From contig OZ037771.1 of assembly GCA_964035545.1 (NCBI GenBank), forward strand, positions 941,628 through 1,005,627: a stretch of DNA of 64,000 nt, given 5' to 3'. Source of the stretch: Bugula neritina (taxonomy: Eukaryota; Animalia; Bryozoa). This document shows positions 1-9,379 of this stretch, piece by piece. The notes under the pieces were generated by a model. It worked only from the letters and a program-made list of their open reading frames with translations. It was not told where the DNA came from and made no database searches. A program made the position numbers and the translations under genes. Every line of letters starts with the position of its first letter. Position 1 is the stretch's first letter.

Positions 1-23
1 GTAGAGGATGAGAATCTATCACA

Positions 24-33
24 TTCTCCCCCC
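24..33 (-). other. Polypurine tract of the Gypsy element
   Basis: Reverse complement GGGGGGAGAA directly abuts TG LTR start, ~180 nt after the pol stop. Confidence 0.8.
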
Positions 34-210
34 ATCGAAAAGCATCCCCTTTTCGATAACAAAACAATGATTCCACACAAAAAAAATGAAACACAAACGT
101 AGAAAAATATGCGGTTAACAGGAAAGTATTATGATTAATCACACGTAACACGAGAACATTTACAGTTCAATTGGCTATTGCCAGCGGCCCCTGGTTGTCC
201 GGTTTTATCA

Positions 211-3200
211 TTAGAGGTGGTGCACCAGGCTTTCTATCTCTTCTGTACTTGGATCGAGGATATGGGACCAGGCCTCGATTGCGCTATCCAGGACGCACTC
301 TCGGTAAGGAAGTGCCATACTCTGCCCGTGACGGGGCAATTGTGGGTGGGTTGGCTGAGTCTGTTCTTCTATCTGGTTGCCTGGTGCTCCAGATATCCAA
401 TACTGGCGGGCGACCAGGGCCCGAGGCATTGCCAGTATTGGAGGGTCCTCTTCGTCTCTGCCTGCGAGGTGGTCGCCGTATAGAGTGCCCTGCTCCTCCC
501 CAGCTGTGAGCTGGAGCTCAACCGGTTCGGGGTCAGGGCCACTAACGCTGGCGGAACACACCTCGGAAGAGGGGGTGTCGTACTGCTGGCTGCGGGGAGC
601 CGAAACAGGAGCTGGTGGGGGAGGGGAGTCGGATCGACTGGCCTCCTCGGTATCCTTACGCTCCTCTGTTTGGGTATCTGGCGAGGTAACTCCCATAGCT
701 GATGCTAGTGTCTGAATAACAGTGTTTAAATTATACTTAGGGGTATCAGGATTACAATTCAACGTGAGCTGTAACTCACGTGCTAGCTGTGTGAAATCTT
801 CTTCTTGGTGGAATTCTCCGGGGTGATGGAGGGAATTTCCAGCCAAGATGGGGTGGTCGTCCGTACTGGGTGGGTTGTCTTCATGAGGGGGCCACTCCAG
901 GTGCCCTACAGCATAGTCTGCCAGATACCTAGGGGGTCTTCTTGACCGCTGGCTCCTCTCAATTGGAACAGGCACCGGTGGTGTTGGTGGCTCCTGTGCT
1001 ACCCTAGTAGGGGGGTCCCCGCCTTCACCCAACACGGGGGTGGGGGTGTCCTCCCCCAGGGAGGGTGGTGGTCCTAGGGCTTGCCGCTGTTCCTGTTCCC
1101 GCTCTTCTCTCTGCTGTCGCTCCAGCTGCTCTATCAAGGCGGCCTGCTCCTGGTCCGCCTCCCTGGGGACCATAATCTCCACCTCACGGGGCTGGGTGGC
1201 CCGTCCACGACGGTTGGGCTGACGGTGGGGCTCCAAGAGGGGTGGAGCCTGACCCACCGCGTCTGGGCTGGCATGGTAAGGTTTGAGGCGCTGCTCGCTC
1301 TGGACAGAGACCTGTCCAGAGCGCTCCACACGGTATGTGTGGTTGGGCAGCACCTCTACTACGCAGTAGGGGCCGACGAACTTGGGCTGAAGCTTAGCCG
1401 ACTGTCCGCGCCGCCTACGGTAACTCACCATCCAGACCCAGTCTCCCACTTGGTACAACGGGGGCTCTTCCGAGTCCTCTGTGCGGGTCTGCCACTGCTG
1501 GGTGCGCAGCGCATCATGAGCTTTGCCCATGATGTCCATCAGACCCTCCACATATTCGTGTACCGGTGACTCGGGGGCAGGAACATGGTACGTCAGGTGT
1601 TCCGGGACCCGCGTCTCTCGGCCTAACATCAGGAAGTTTGGGGTCTCCTGCGTGGCGGAGTGTGGTGTGCTGCGGTAAGCCCGCATGATCTGCGGCAGCA
1701 CCACGTCCCATTCTTCCTGACCTCGACCAAGCAGCAGGCTCCGGAGCGCGTCACCCAACATCCTGTTGTTCCGCTCGACGACTCCGTTCCCTTGCGGGTG
1801 ATATGGGGTGGTCCGACTCTGGTTCACCCCCCATATCCGGCAGAGGTCTCCCATGAGCTGGGACTGGAACTGGGCGCCCTGGTCCGTATGTATCTGCTCG
1901 GGTAAACCGAGGTAACAGAACACATGTTGGTCCAGGGTCCGGGCCACCGTGGGGGCGGTGGCGTCTGGAATAGCCAGAGCATCCGCCCACCGGGTAAAGT
2001 GGTCCGTGAGCACCAGTATCCAGGTGTTTCCTCTGGCGGATAACGGCATAGGCCCGACGAGGTCTACCGCCACTACTTGCCACGGTCGACCAGCGTACAG
2101 CCGGCGTCGACCAGTGGTTTCCGTGGGGCGGCCATGCTTGCTAGCTTGGCAGACCTCGCATTGCCGTACCCGCAGTCGTACGTCCCGAGTCATTCCGGGC
2201 CAATACCAACGCAGCCGCAGACACCTGATGACCCGACTGACTCCAGCATGAGCCTGCTTATGGGTGTCCCAGATCAGTTCCCGCCGGAGGGCGCGTGGAC
2301 AGACGACGCGGTCCCTCTTCTGCTGGCGGTTGTCTGCTGCTAACGTTATCATCAGGAGGCCATCAGGACTGACCTTGAGGGCATCCCAGCGACGACAGAG
2401 GAGTTGGAACTCAACGTCTCCCTGCCGCTGCTGTTCCTCGCTAGGTCGTCGGCCCTCCTTCTTGGCCCGGAAGATGTCCGCTACCGCGCCGGGTAGCGTC
2501 TCCTGGAGTCGGCACAGCTCCTTGACGTTCTGGTGCAGAGTAGGGTTGGCGTGGAGCGCCTGGACACCGTCCTGGTGGGTTTCGGTCCGAAGATGGCCGT
2601 GCTCCCACCGGTAGGCGGTGCCCTCCACTAGCTCTGTTTCCACGTCAAGGCGAGCGGGTCCCCCGTCCCGCTGTTCAATGTGCAGGCATTGCTTACAGTC
2701 CTCTACCGGCCGGCGGCTCATGCCGTCGGCGTTCCCATGCTTCCGGCCTGCACGGTGCTCTATACGGTAAGAGAACTCGGCAAGAATCTCTAGCCAACGA
2801 GCCACCTGGCTCGAGGGCTCTGCACGTTTACACAGCCATATCAGTGATGCATGGTCTGTTCGCAAACGGAACGATTTCCCATACAGATATGGCCGAAAGT
2901 GCTTGACCGCCTTGACTACTGCTAGGAGTTCCTTCCTAGTGGTGCAGTAGTTCTTCTCGGCGGCCGCGAGAGTCTTGCTATAGTAAGCCACGACCACCTC
3001 ACTTCCACCCTGGACTTGAGACAGGGCGGCTCCCACGCTGTGGTCGCTGGCGTCGGTGTCCAGGATGTACTCCTTGGCTGGATCAGGATACGCCAGGATT
3101 GGCGCTTCCATTAGCCGTTGCTTGAGGTGGTCGAATGCCTGCTGCTCCTCCTGTGTCCACTGCCACCGGACTCCCTTTGCGGTCAGCCGATTTAACGGCT

Positions 3201-4893
3201 GAGCCACTCCTGCGAAACCAGGTATGTACTGCCGGTAGTACCCTACTAGGCCCAGGAATGCACGCAACTCAGGGAGGTCGCGGGGGACAGTCCACTCCTT
3301 CACAGCTTGTACCTTCTCTGGATCGGTAGCGACCCCATCACGGCCAACCACATGGCCCAGGTATGTGACTTCTGGCTGCAGGAGTGCGCACTTGGAGGGC
3401 TTCAGCTTCAGTCCGGCTGCCCGGAGACGGTCAAAGACCTCCCGCAGACGACTGACATGAGTCGAAAAGTCTGGGGAGATGACAATGACATCGTCCAGAT
3501 AGATGAGGAGGGTCTTCCAGTGTAACCCACTGAGGACTTGCTCCATGAGCCGTTGGAATGTTGCCGGAGCGGACGTTAGTCCGAATGGCAGTACTTTCCA
3601 CTTCCAGAGCCCGTCGCGAGTAATGAATGCTGCTTTGTCCTGGGCATCAGGACTGAGGGGCACTTGCCAGTACCCGCTAAGCAGATCCAAAGTACTGAAG
3701 TACTTGCTACCCGCGAGGGCATCTAGAGACTCATCTATCCGTGGGAGAGGGTAGGCGTCCTGGATGGTAGCGTTGTTGAGTCTGCGGTAGTCTACGCAGA
3801 ATCTCCAGCTACCATCCTTCTTCTTGACCAGGACCACTGGGGAGCTCCACGCACCGTGGGCAGGCTCAATCAGATCCCGGTCCAGAAGATCCTGTACCTG
3901 TCGGCTCACCTCCTTCTCCTTCTCCGGGCCCAGACGTCGGGTAGGCTGCCTGATGGGAGTGGTGTCGGCTGCCAGGGGTATCTCGTGAGAGATAACCTTA
4001 GTCAGCCCCATGTCTCTATCGCCACGACTGAAGACATCACTGTACTCCGCGAGTAGTTGAGCCAGTACTTGGCGTTCAGTACTACTCGTACAGTTTCCAC
4101 ATGCTCCGCCATACAGGTCAGCCAGATGCTCCGGGACTGCTTCTCGTCTGGTGTGAGGGGGGTTTCCCTGGTTGTCGGCTACTGTCTCCAGTGCCGGACC
4201 CACATCCGCTTCCTGGATGGAGTGGTACTTCCCCACCAGCGCTCCAGCCGATAGTTGGACAGGTTCCGTGAAGGGGTTGATGCACTGCACGAGGAGCTCT
4301 TGCCGACAATCTAGCCGATTCAGGCTGTTTGCTAGTCGGATGGCTCCGTGCGTTCCCTCAACCATCCCCAGGCCGGCGATCCCTTTGCAGTTGACTCTGC
4401 ATCGGAGGGTCGCCTGGGATCTCCCCGGAACCGTGCAGTCCCGCACTACCTGGACTCCGCCCACCAAGGGCCTGCCAAACTTGTCAACACAGACAAGTTC
4501 CTTCCCAGCCATCACCACCACTGACTTCTGGAAATCCATGTGACACTGGTGTTTCTCCAGAAAGGGCATTCCCAAGATGGCGTCCTCCTTCAGCTGGCTG
4601 ACTATGAACGTCTCGTGAATTGCTTGATCACGGACGCGTCCAGGCAGTGAGATGACGCCGTAGAAAGGGATGCATGATCCGTCCGCCAACGTACCATGCG
4701 CACCTTCATACGGCTCGAGGCTCGCCCGCTCTCGAGCACCAAGAGTATCAAAGAGACGCCTACTCAGCAGGTTGGTAGTGCACCCAGTATCCAGTAGGAA
4801 TGTGGCAGCTTTACCCGAAATCTTTCCGGGCAGGAAGTAGCTGCTTCCGTACGGCTGGGTGCTCCTGGAGCGGTCAGTCTCTGGGGGAGACAC
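211..4893 (-). CDS. pol: Gypsy pol polyprotein (aspartic protease, reverse transcriptase, RNase H, integrase, long Pro/Glu-rich C-terminal extension); N-terminus truncated
   Basis: 1560-codon uninterrupted ORF; LLDTG (protease), WRFCVDYRRLN, LPFGL, YLDD (RT), DTDAS..ELLAV..TDH (RNase H), H..H..CEVC zinc finger, VAVDLVGP / HTDQG / VERNNR (D,D35E), KLQPKFVGPY (GPY/F). First codon is GTG at the composition break, not a true start. Confidence 0.95.
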   Translation of the reverse strand: MSPPETDRSRSTQPYGSSYFLPGKISGKAATFLLDTGCTTNLLSRRLFDTLGARERASLEPYEGAHGTLADGSCIPFYGVISLPGRVRDQAIHETFIVSQLKEDAILGMPFLEKHQCHMDFQKSVVVMAGKELVCVDKFGRPLVGGVQVVRDCTVPGRSQATLRCRVNCKGIAGLGMVEGTHGAIRLANSLNRLDCRQELLVQCINPFTEPVQLSAGALVGKYHSIQEADVGPALETVADNQGNPPHTRREAVPEHLADLYGGACGNCTSSTERQVLAQLLAEYSDVFSRGDRDMGLTKVISHEIPLAADTTPIRQPTRRLGPEKEKEVSRQVQDLLDRDLIEPAHGAWSSPVVLVKKKDGSWRFCVDYRRLNNATIQDAYPLPRIDESLDALAGSKYFSTLDLLSGYWQVPLSPDAQDKAAFITRDGLWKWKVLPFGLTSAPATFQRLMEQVLSGLHWKTLLIYLDDVIVISPDFSTHVSRLREVFDRLRAAGLKLKPSKCALLQPEVTYLGHVVGRDGVATDPEKVQAVKEWTVPRDLPELRAFLGLVGYYRQYIPGFAGVAQPLNRLTAKGVRWQWTQEEQQAFDHLKQRLMEAPILAYPDPAKEYILDTDASDHSVGAALSQVQGGSEVVVAYYSKTLAAAEKNYCTTRKELLAVVKAVKHFRPYLYGKSFRLRTDHASLIWLCKRAEPSSQVARWLEILAEFSYRIEHRAGRKHGNADGMSRRPVEDCKQCLHIEQRDGGPARLDVETELVEGTAYRWEHGHLRTETHQDGVQALHANPTLHQNVKELCRLQETLPGAVADIFRAKKEGRRPSEEQQRQGDVEFQLLCRRWDALKVSPDGLLMITLAADNRQQKRDRVVCPRALRRELIWDTHKQAHAGVSRVIRCLRLRWYWPGMTRDVRLRVRQCEVCQASKHGRPTETTGRRRLYAGRPWQVVAVDLVGPMPLSARGNTWILVLTDHFTRWADALAIPDATAPTVARTLDQHVFCYLGLPEQIHTDQGAQFQSQLMGDLCRIWGVNQSRTTPYHPQGNGVVERNNRMLGDALRSLLLGRGQEEWDVVLPQIMRAYRSTPHSATQETPNFLMLGRETRVPEHLTYHVPAPESPVHEYVEGLMDIMGKAHDALRTQQWQTRTEDSEEPPLYQVGDWVWMVSYRRRRGQSAKLQPKFVGPYCVVEVLPNHTYRVERSGQVSVQSEQRLKPYHASPDAVGQAPPLLEPHRQPNRRGRATQPREVEIMVPREADQEQAALIEQLERQQREEREQEQRQALGPPPSLGEDTPTPVLGEGGDPPTRVAQEPPTPPVPVPIERSQRSRRPPRYLADYAVGHLEWPPHEDNPPSTDDHPILAGNSLHHPGEFHQEEDFTQLARELQLTLNCNPDTPKYNLNTVIQTLASAMGVTSPDTQTEERKDTEEASRSDSPPPPAPVSAPRSQQYDTPSSEVCSASVSGPDPEPVELQLTAGEEQGTLYGDHLAGRDEEDPPILAMPRALVARQYWISGAPGNQIEEQTQPTHPQLPRHGQSMALPYRECVLDSAIEAWSHILDPSTEEIESLVHHL

Positions 4894-5145
4894 AACTTAA
4901 AACTCTGCAAATGAGTTGCTGAGTTATTTATTAGTTCACTACAATAAATAGTGTACCCGACTAGGATCAAAATAGTCTATCTTCTAGATAATATTATTTA
5001 GATTTGTCTTCTTAAAATGAAATTGGTTGTTTACATCTGAACAATCATTTTTGCTTGTATGCAGTTTTTGTTAACTCATGTTGTTTAATTATGTTTACTT
5101 TTAGTTTTGTGAGTGTAGGCAAGTCGAAAAGATTCGTTTACAGAG

Positions 5146-6278
5146 ATGAGTTATTATTTTGTAATTGTTGGTCACAAAGATAATCCACTATTTGAATTAG
5201 AGTACAATACTAAACCTGACCAGAAGGTATGGATACATTTCATGTACAATGTATATATGCAGCTTCTGGAGATACTTTGAGAGATCGCAACTTCTTACTA
5301 TCGCAGCTTTACGTATTTTTTACTCCAGTCATGATATTCATGCATAGAATTATTTAATACATGTGGAGAAAAGGTAGTAGTAATTTGTTGCATGTTTATT
5401 TAGAAAGACGACCATGGCCATTTAAGTCAGTTTATAGCTCACGCTGCTCTGGACCTGGTGGATGAGAAGATTTGGACTACAAACAACATGTTCTTGAAAG
5501 TGGTTGACAGGTTTAATGACTTCATGGTGTCAGCCTTTGTCACATCTGGCAGTATCCTTGCTCATCAGCTGTTTCTATTTATTAGTTGTGTTTCAGTAAC
5601 CACTACTTGCAGGGGATTAGGGGTGGGGGGTTCTCAGCTGCCTGTAAATCCTTAGTGCAGCTGAGAGATGTTTTTGAGTGAACTAGTTGTTAGTGAGAAA
5701 CTAATGTTCTCTTGAAATTCTCACAGCTGTTGCTAGGAGACCATCTGAGTAGCTGTGTCTATCAAAGTTAAACTAATGTATTTCAACGCACACTCTGCAT
5801 CATATTCTTTACTCAGTAATGCACTTTCCTTATACTAAAACTAGAAACACGATTTATGATGGTACATGATGTTAAAAATGAAGATGCAATCAAGTCGTTT
5901 TTCCAGGAGGTCTATGAACTATTTATAAAGGTATGCTTACTTGTTTTCTTCCTACTAATTATTTTATTGTGAAGCTTTCAATAAAGTTTCTGTTTTTCCA
6001 GTGTTTGTAAGTGAGACACACAATACTTGTAGTCTAACTTCTAGTAGTCTAACTAGTCCAGTTACTCAGTTGGCAGCTAGTTTGGTGTTACGAGAATTCC
6101 AACTCTCACTGATAGGCTTTTTTAGCATTCTTATAATTCATTTTATTTGTGAATGTACTTTATCTTTTAGCAATCAATGAATCCGTTTTACAAACAGAAT
6201 ACGATAATAAAATCTGCTCATTTTGAGAAAAAGTGCCAGTCATTAGCAAAGAAGCACCTGGGTGGATCACGTACCTGA
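5146..6278 (+). CDS. TRAPPC2: Trafficking protein particle complex subunit 2 (sedlin)
   Basis: Exons 5146-5226, 5404-5551, 5845-5930, 6171-6278 splice in frame: [64 protein letters not shown], matching sedlin motifs. Confidence 0.96.
5552..5844 (+). other. U12-type (minor spliceosome) GT-AG intron in TRAPPC2
   Basis: 5' site GTATCCTT; branch-like TTCCTTATAC at ~5826-5835 about 10 nt from the AG; no polypyrimidine tract. Confidence 0.85.
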
Positions 6279-6719
6279 ACAGAGTTACCTGCGCAAAGTT
6301 ACCTGTGCAAAGTTACCTGGACTATTATCATCTCTAGAGTCAGTTTCTAGGTGCGATGCTTTTATGACTTGCATGTAGCTTCTGAGTTTAACTTTTATCT
6401 ATAACTATTTTATTTTTGGACACAATGTCAACCTTGCAGCTGGCTGAATATTAAATATATTAAACCTCTAGGTATTGACTCTCACCGAGTATCTATATTT
6501 GTAGTCATAAGTGTTATGTAATATGGAAAGTGTTATGTAATATAGAAAGGGTTATGTAATATGAAAATAATTAAAGTTTATTTAAATCTGTATAAAGCTG
6601 ATATAAGCACTGGAATACATGATAGTATATTTGTATAATATGTGTTTTGTTTTCCATCACCATACTTAGAGTTTAGGCTGATAGATGTTAGCACGGTTGA
6701 TAGAAAGAAGGGGGCGTAT

Positions 6720-8990
6720 TCATTCTCCACCCACACTTATTTGTCTGGCACTTGAAGTGTCCATCTGCTTTACAGGCAGCTCAGGAATTGTGACTGACTG
6801 CTGACCAGGAGTTGCTTCTCGTGTTGATGACTTTGATTTTAGCGCTGACTTTCTCGTTTTCCCAGTTCCCGGCAAACTGGTCAGGATTTTATCTCGGGCA
6901 GCCGACACCTGCAAGTTTTGGTAGAGTGGTTGTCTTAGAATATGACTAGTTTGTTTAAATATGTGTGCATGCATTGTAGACAGGAGATGTTTTTACCTGC
7001 ATGTCACTGCTTTCATCGTAAGCACTAGTTTGAGGAGGGGGTCTTCGTACGGCCCGCTCTGCTATTGTCGGTTTTATGTCGAATCTTTCTGGATTTTGTA
7101 ATCTTTCTATCCTTCTTTGTTCTACATGGTTTCTTATGACATCATGAGCCTAAAATAGACAATTAGTTTGAATGAATATCAATTCTACAGCACTTGAGTT
7201 TGTCTTCTCAATATAATAAACTATGTTATGTTAATGATACAAATAGCTAAACAGGAATGCCTGCTGAGACTAGGACAACACGGGTTTTAATGCAGCTGAC
7301 AAATAGAGTTTGATAAAAGACATATGTACAGGTTCTACACTTCTACAAGCAGACTAATACTGTGTCAGCTCATGACAGTACAACTTTCAAATCTAGAATG
7401 TTATCACATCTTATTGCTGATAAACATGTTGATTCAGATAAGTTCTGTCTTTCATGCAGGTGCAATGATCTCTACAAATTATAAGCTTGGCATGCAAACT
7501 AAAAACTGAAGATCAATCAGTAGTTGGATGTTGCAGTACTTACTATTGTCTGTTCAGACATCATCTGTATACACAATGACAGTTTAAATAGTCATCAGTC
7601 ACCATAGAATAATGCAATACACACAATGAGCTCTACACACACAATGAGCTCTGCTCACACAATGAACTCTACACACACAATGAGCTCTACACACACTGAG
7701 AGCTCTACACACACAATGAGCTCTACTCACACAATGAGCTTTACACACACAATGAGCTCTACTCACACAATGAACTCTACACAAGCTGGCTACATGCATC
7801 ATATTTTATAGTTGAGTTGTAACTGTGAAACTTTGCCGTTTCAAAATGTTTATAGGTGTTAGTCTGAGTTATAAATGCACTATTTCAGTTTTAAATTAAA
7901 TCTTATTCAACCCATTGACTAATCAGTGCATACCTTAAACTGTGTGTGTAAGATACTTGGCTGAGCCTTTAACTCTGTTCCTTTCAAGTTGTTCTTGACA
8001 GCCTGAGAGGCTGTAGTTCTTGCATGCATAGGCAGCTTATCCTGATACGCTCTGTCTGTAAAATCTATTTCATTTCCTTCTTTTTTTCGAACCCTAAGTA
8101 AACCATGAAATACATAACTAAAACATCTATAATGCTTCGTATCACTTTAAACTTGTGGTAAATTGCACAAACTGTACATATGCAGATTGATGCACTAATA
8201 TATGTTAAGCGATTTTGATTATGCATTGTTACTGCTCAACCTACTGTCTGTTTGTGAGTATTTCATACATTCTTTCTATCAATAACTGAGCAGCTCCTTC
8301 TTTGCAATGCATTGTTCCTTCACTATATTCAGGAGGAATGTCGATGTCATGCTTTTTAAAAAACTGAAACACAAAAGGCATTATTAGATTAGTATTTGAC
8401 ATTTGTAAACTAAATACAGAAGTATAGTAAAAGAACATTACAATAGCATAAGATTGTAACACAATTTGAACTCACATTGTTGAGTAAATTCCAGTTTAGT
8501 TGCTTAGTCTTGAGAGAGGTGCAGTTTGTGTAATAATTGTGCATCTGAATTGCCTGAGGATGATACCATGAAAATATCTCTGCTACTAGATAGCCGTTAG
8601 AAAGATCCCTAAAACAATTATTATTGTTATTTTTAAAAACATACAAAATTTATTATACTGAAATGATTATTCAGAAAAGATATTATAGTAAGTATGATGC
8701 AATTGACCAAGTTTCATACATGTAATGCCAGCATCAAATGCCATGTGCAAACTAGTTGAACAATATTATAAAACCTCTTTAAATTAAAACATTAATGATT
8801 ACTTACAGTGCAACTATTTTATTTAATATTTATTGACGCAGAGTTTAAGTTGTCGGGCAGTTCTAAGCTAACATGACAATTTGGACTACTCTAGTCTAGG
8901 TTTAATGACTTACCATTTGGCATTCTTTACTTGCCATGTCAAGTCTAAGCTCTGCAACCATCTAATTACTTCTCTTGATAACCCAGCCAT
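6720..8990 (-). CDS. SPATA4: Spermatogenesis-associated protein 4 (SPEF1-type CH domain)
   Basis: Exons 8914-8990, 8476-8608, 8245-8363, 7934-8093, 6997-7149, 6720-6908: MAGLSREVIRWLQSLDL..WDLSNGYLVAEIFSWY..TSLKTKQLNW..GTMHCKEGAAQLLIERMYEILTNR. Confidence 0.88.
7618..7785. repeat. 21-bp minisatellite (cacacaatgagctctacacac) in SPATA4 intron
   Basis: About 8 tandem copies visible. Confidence 0.9.
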
Positions 8991-9379
8991 TATTTGATAA
9001 AGTCTTACTTTTGCACTATGCGATCTTGCAGCTGTGATCACCTCAACGCCTAAATAAACCTAAATAAACCCGGTTACCAACATTGCTTCGACTAATGATT
9101 GTTATTTATGTTGCTCCATGACTACCATCGATAGCTTTATGCTCGCCAAAGCACCGTAAATATTTTGCATTTAACCGATAAAACACGCATACTGTGATTT
9201 CCTTTTAAAGCGAAAAAAATTTACTTGGCACTCTAAAGCAACCGGAATTGGCATTCGTAAACTTTTGATCACGAGTGTAGAAATCTTAAGCTAAATTTAA
9301 ATTTGTCTGCCAATGTCTAACTTCTGAGTCAATTATGAATATCCCAAAGAAAAAGTAATAAATTGCTGTAAGTGTAGCC
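8991..9379. promoter_or_regulatory. Probable bidirectional promoter region shared by SPATA4 and REP
   Basis: Divergent start codons only 390 bp apart; ETS-like CCGGAA at ~9242. Confidence 0.55.

Larger units (their letters stand above)
1..4894 (-). mobile_element. Ty3/Gypsy LTR retrotransposon, 5'-truncated (no gag/PBS/5' LTR visible); 3' LTR starts at 23 and runs out of the window
   Basis: GC-rich block ending abruptly at ~4894; pol order PR-RT-RNaseH-IN; on - strand PPT GGGGGGAGAA (24-33) immediately followed by TGTGATAG (LTR start, 23 downward); small hairpin atcgaaaag/cttttcgat (34-57) just upstream of the PPT. Confidence 0.93.

Noticed and set aside
171-4543. Many short ORFs overlapping the Gypsy pol on other frames or the opposite strand
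   Set aside because: Expected shadows of a GC-rich coding region; no recognisable motifs
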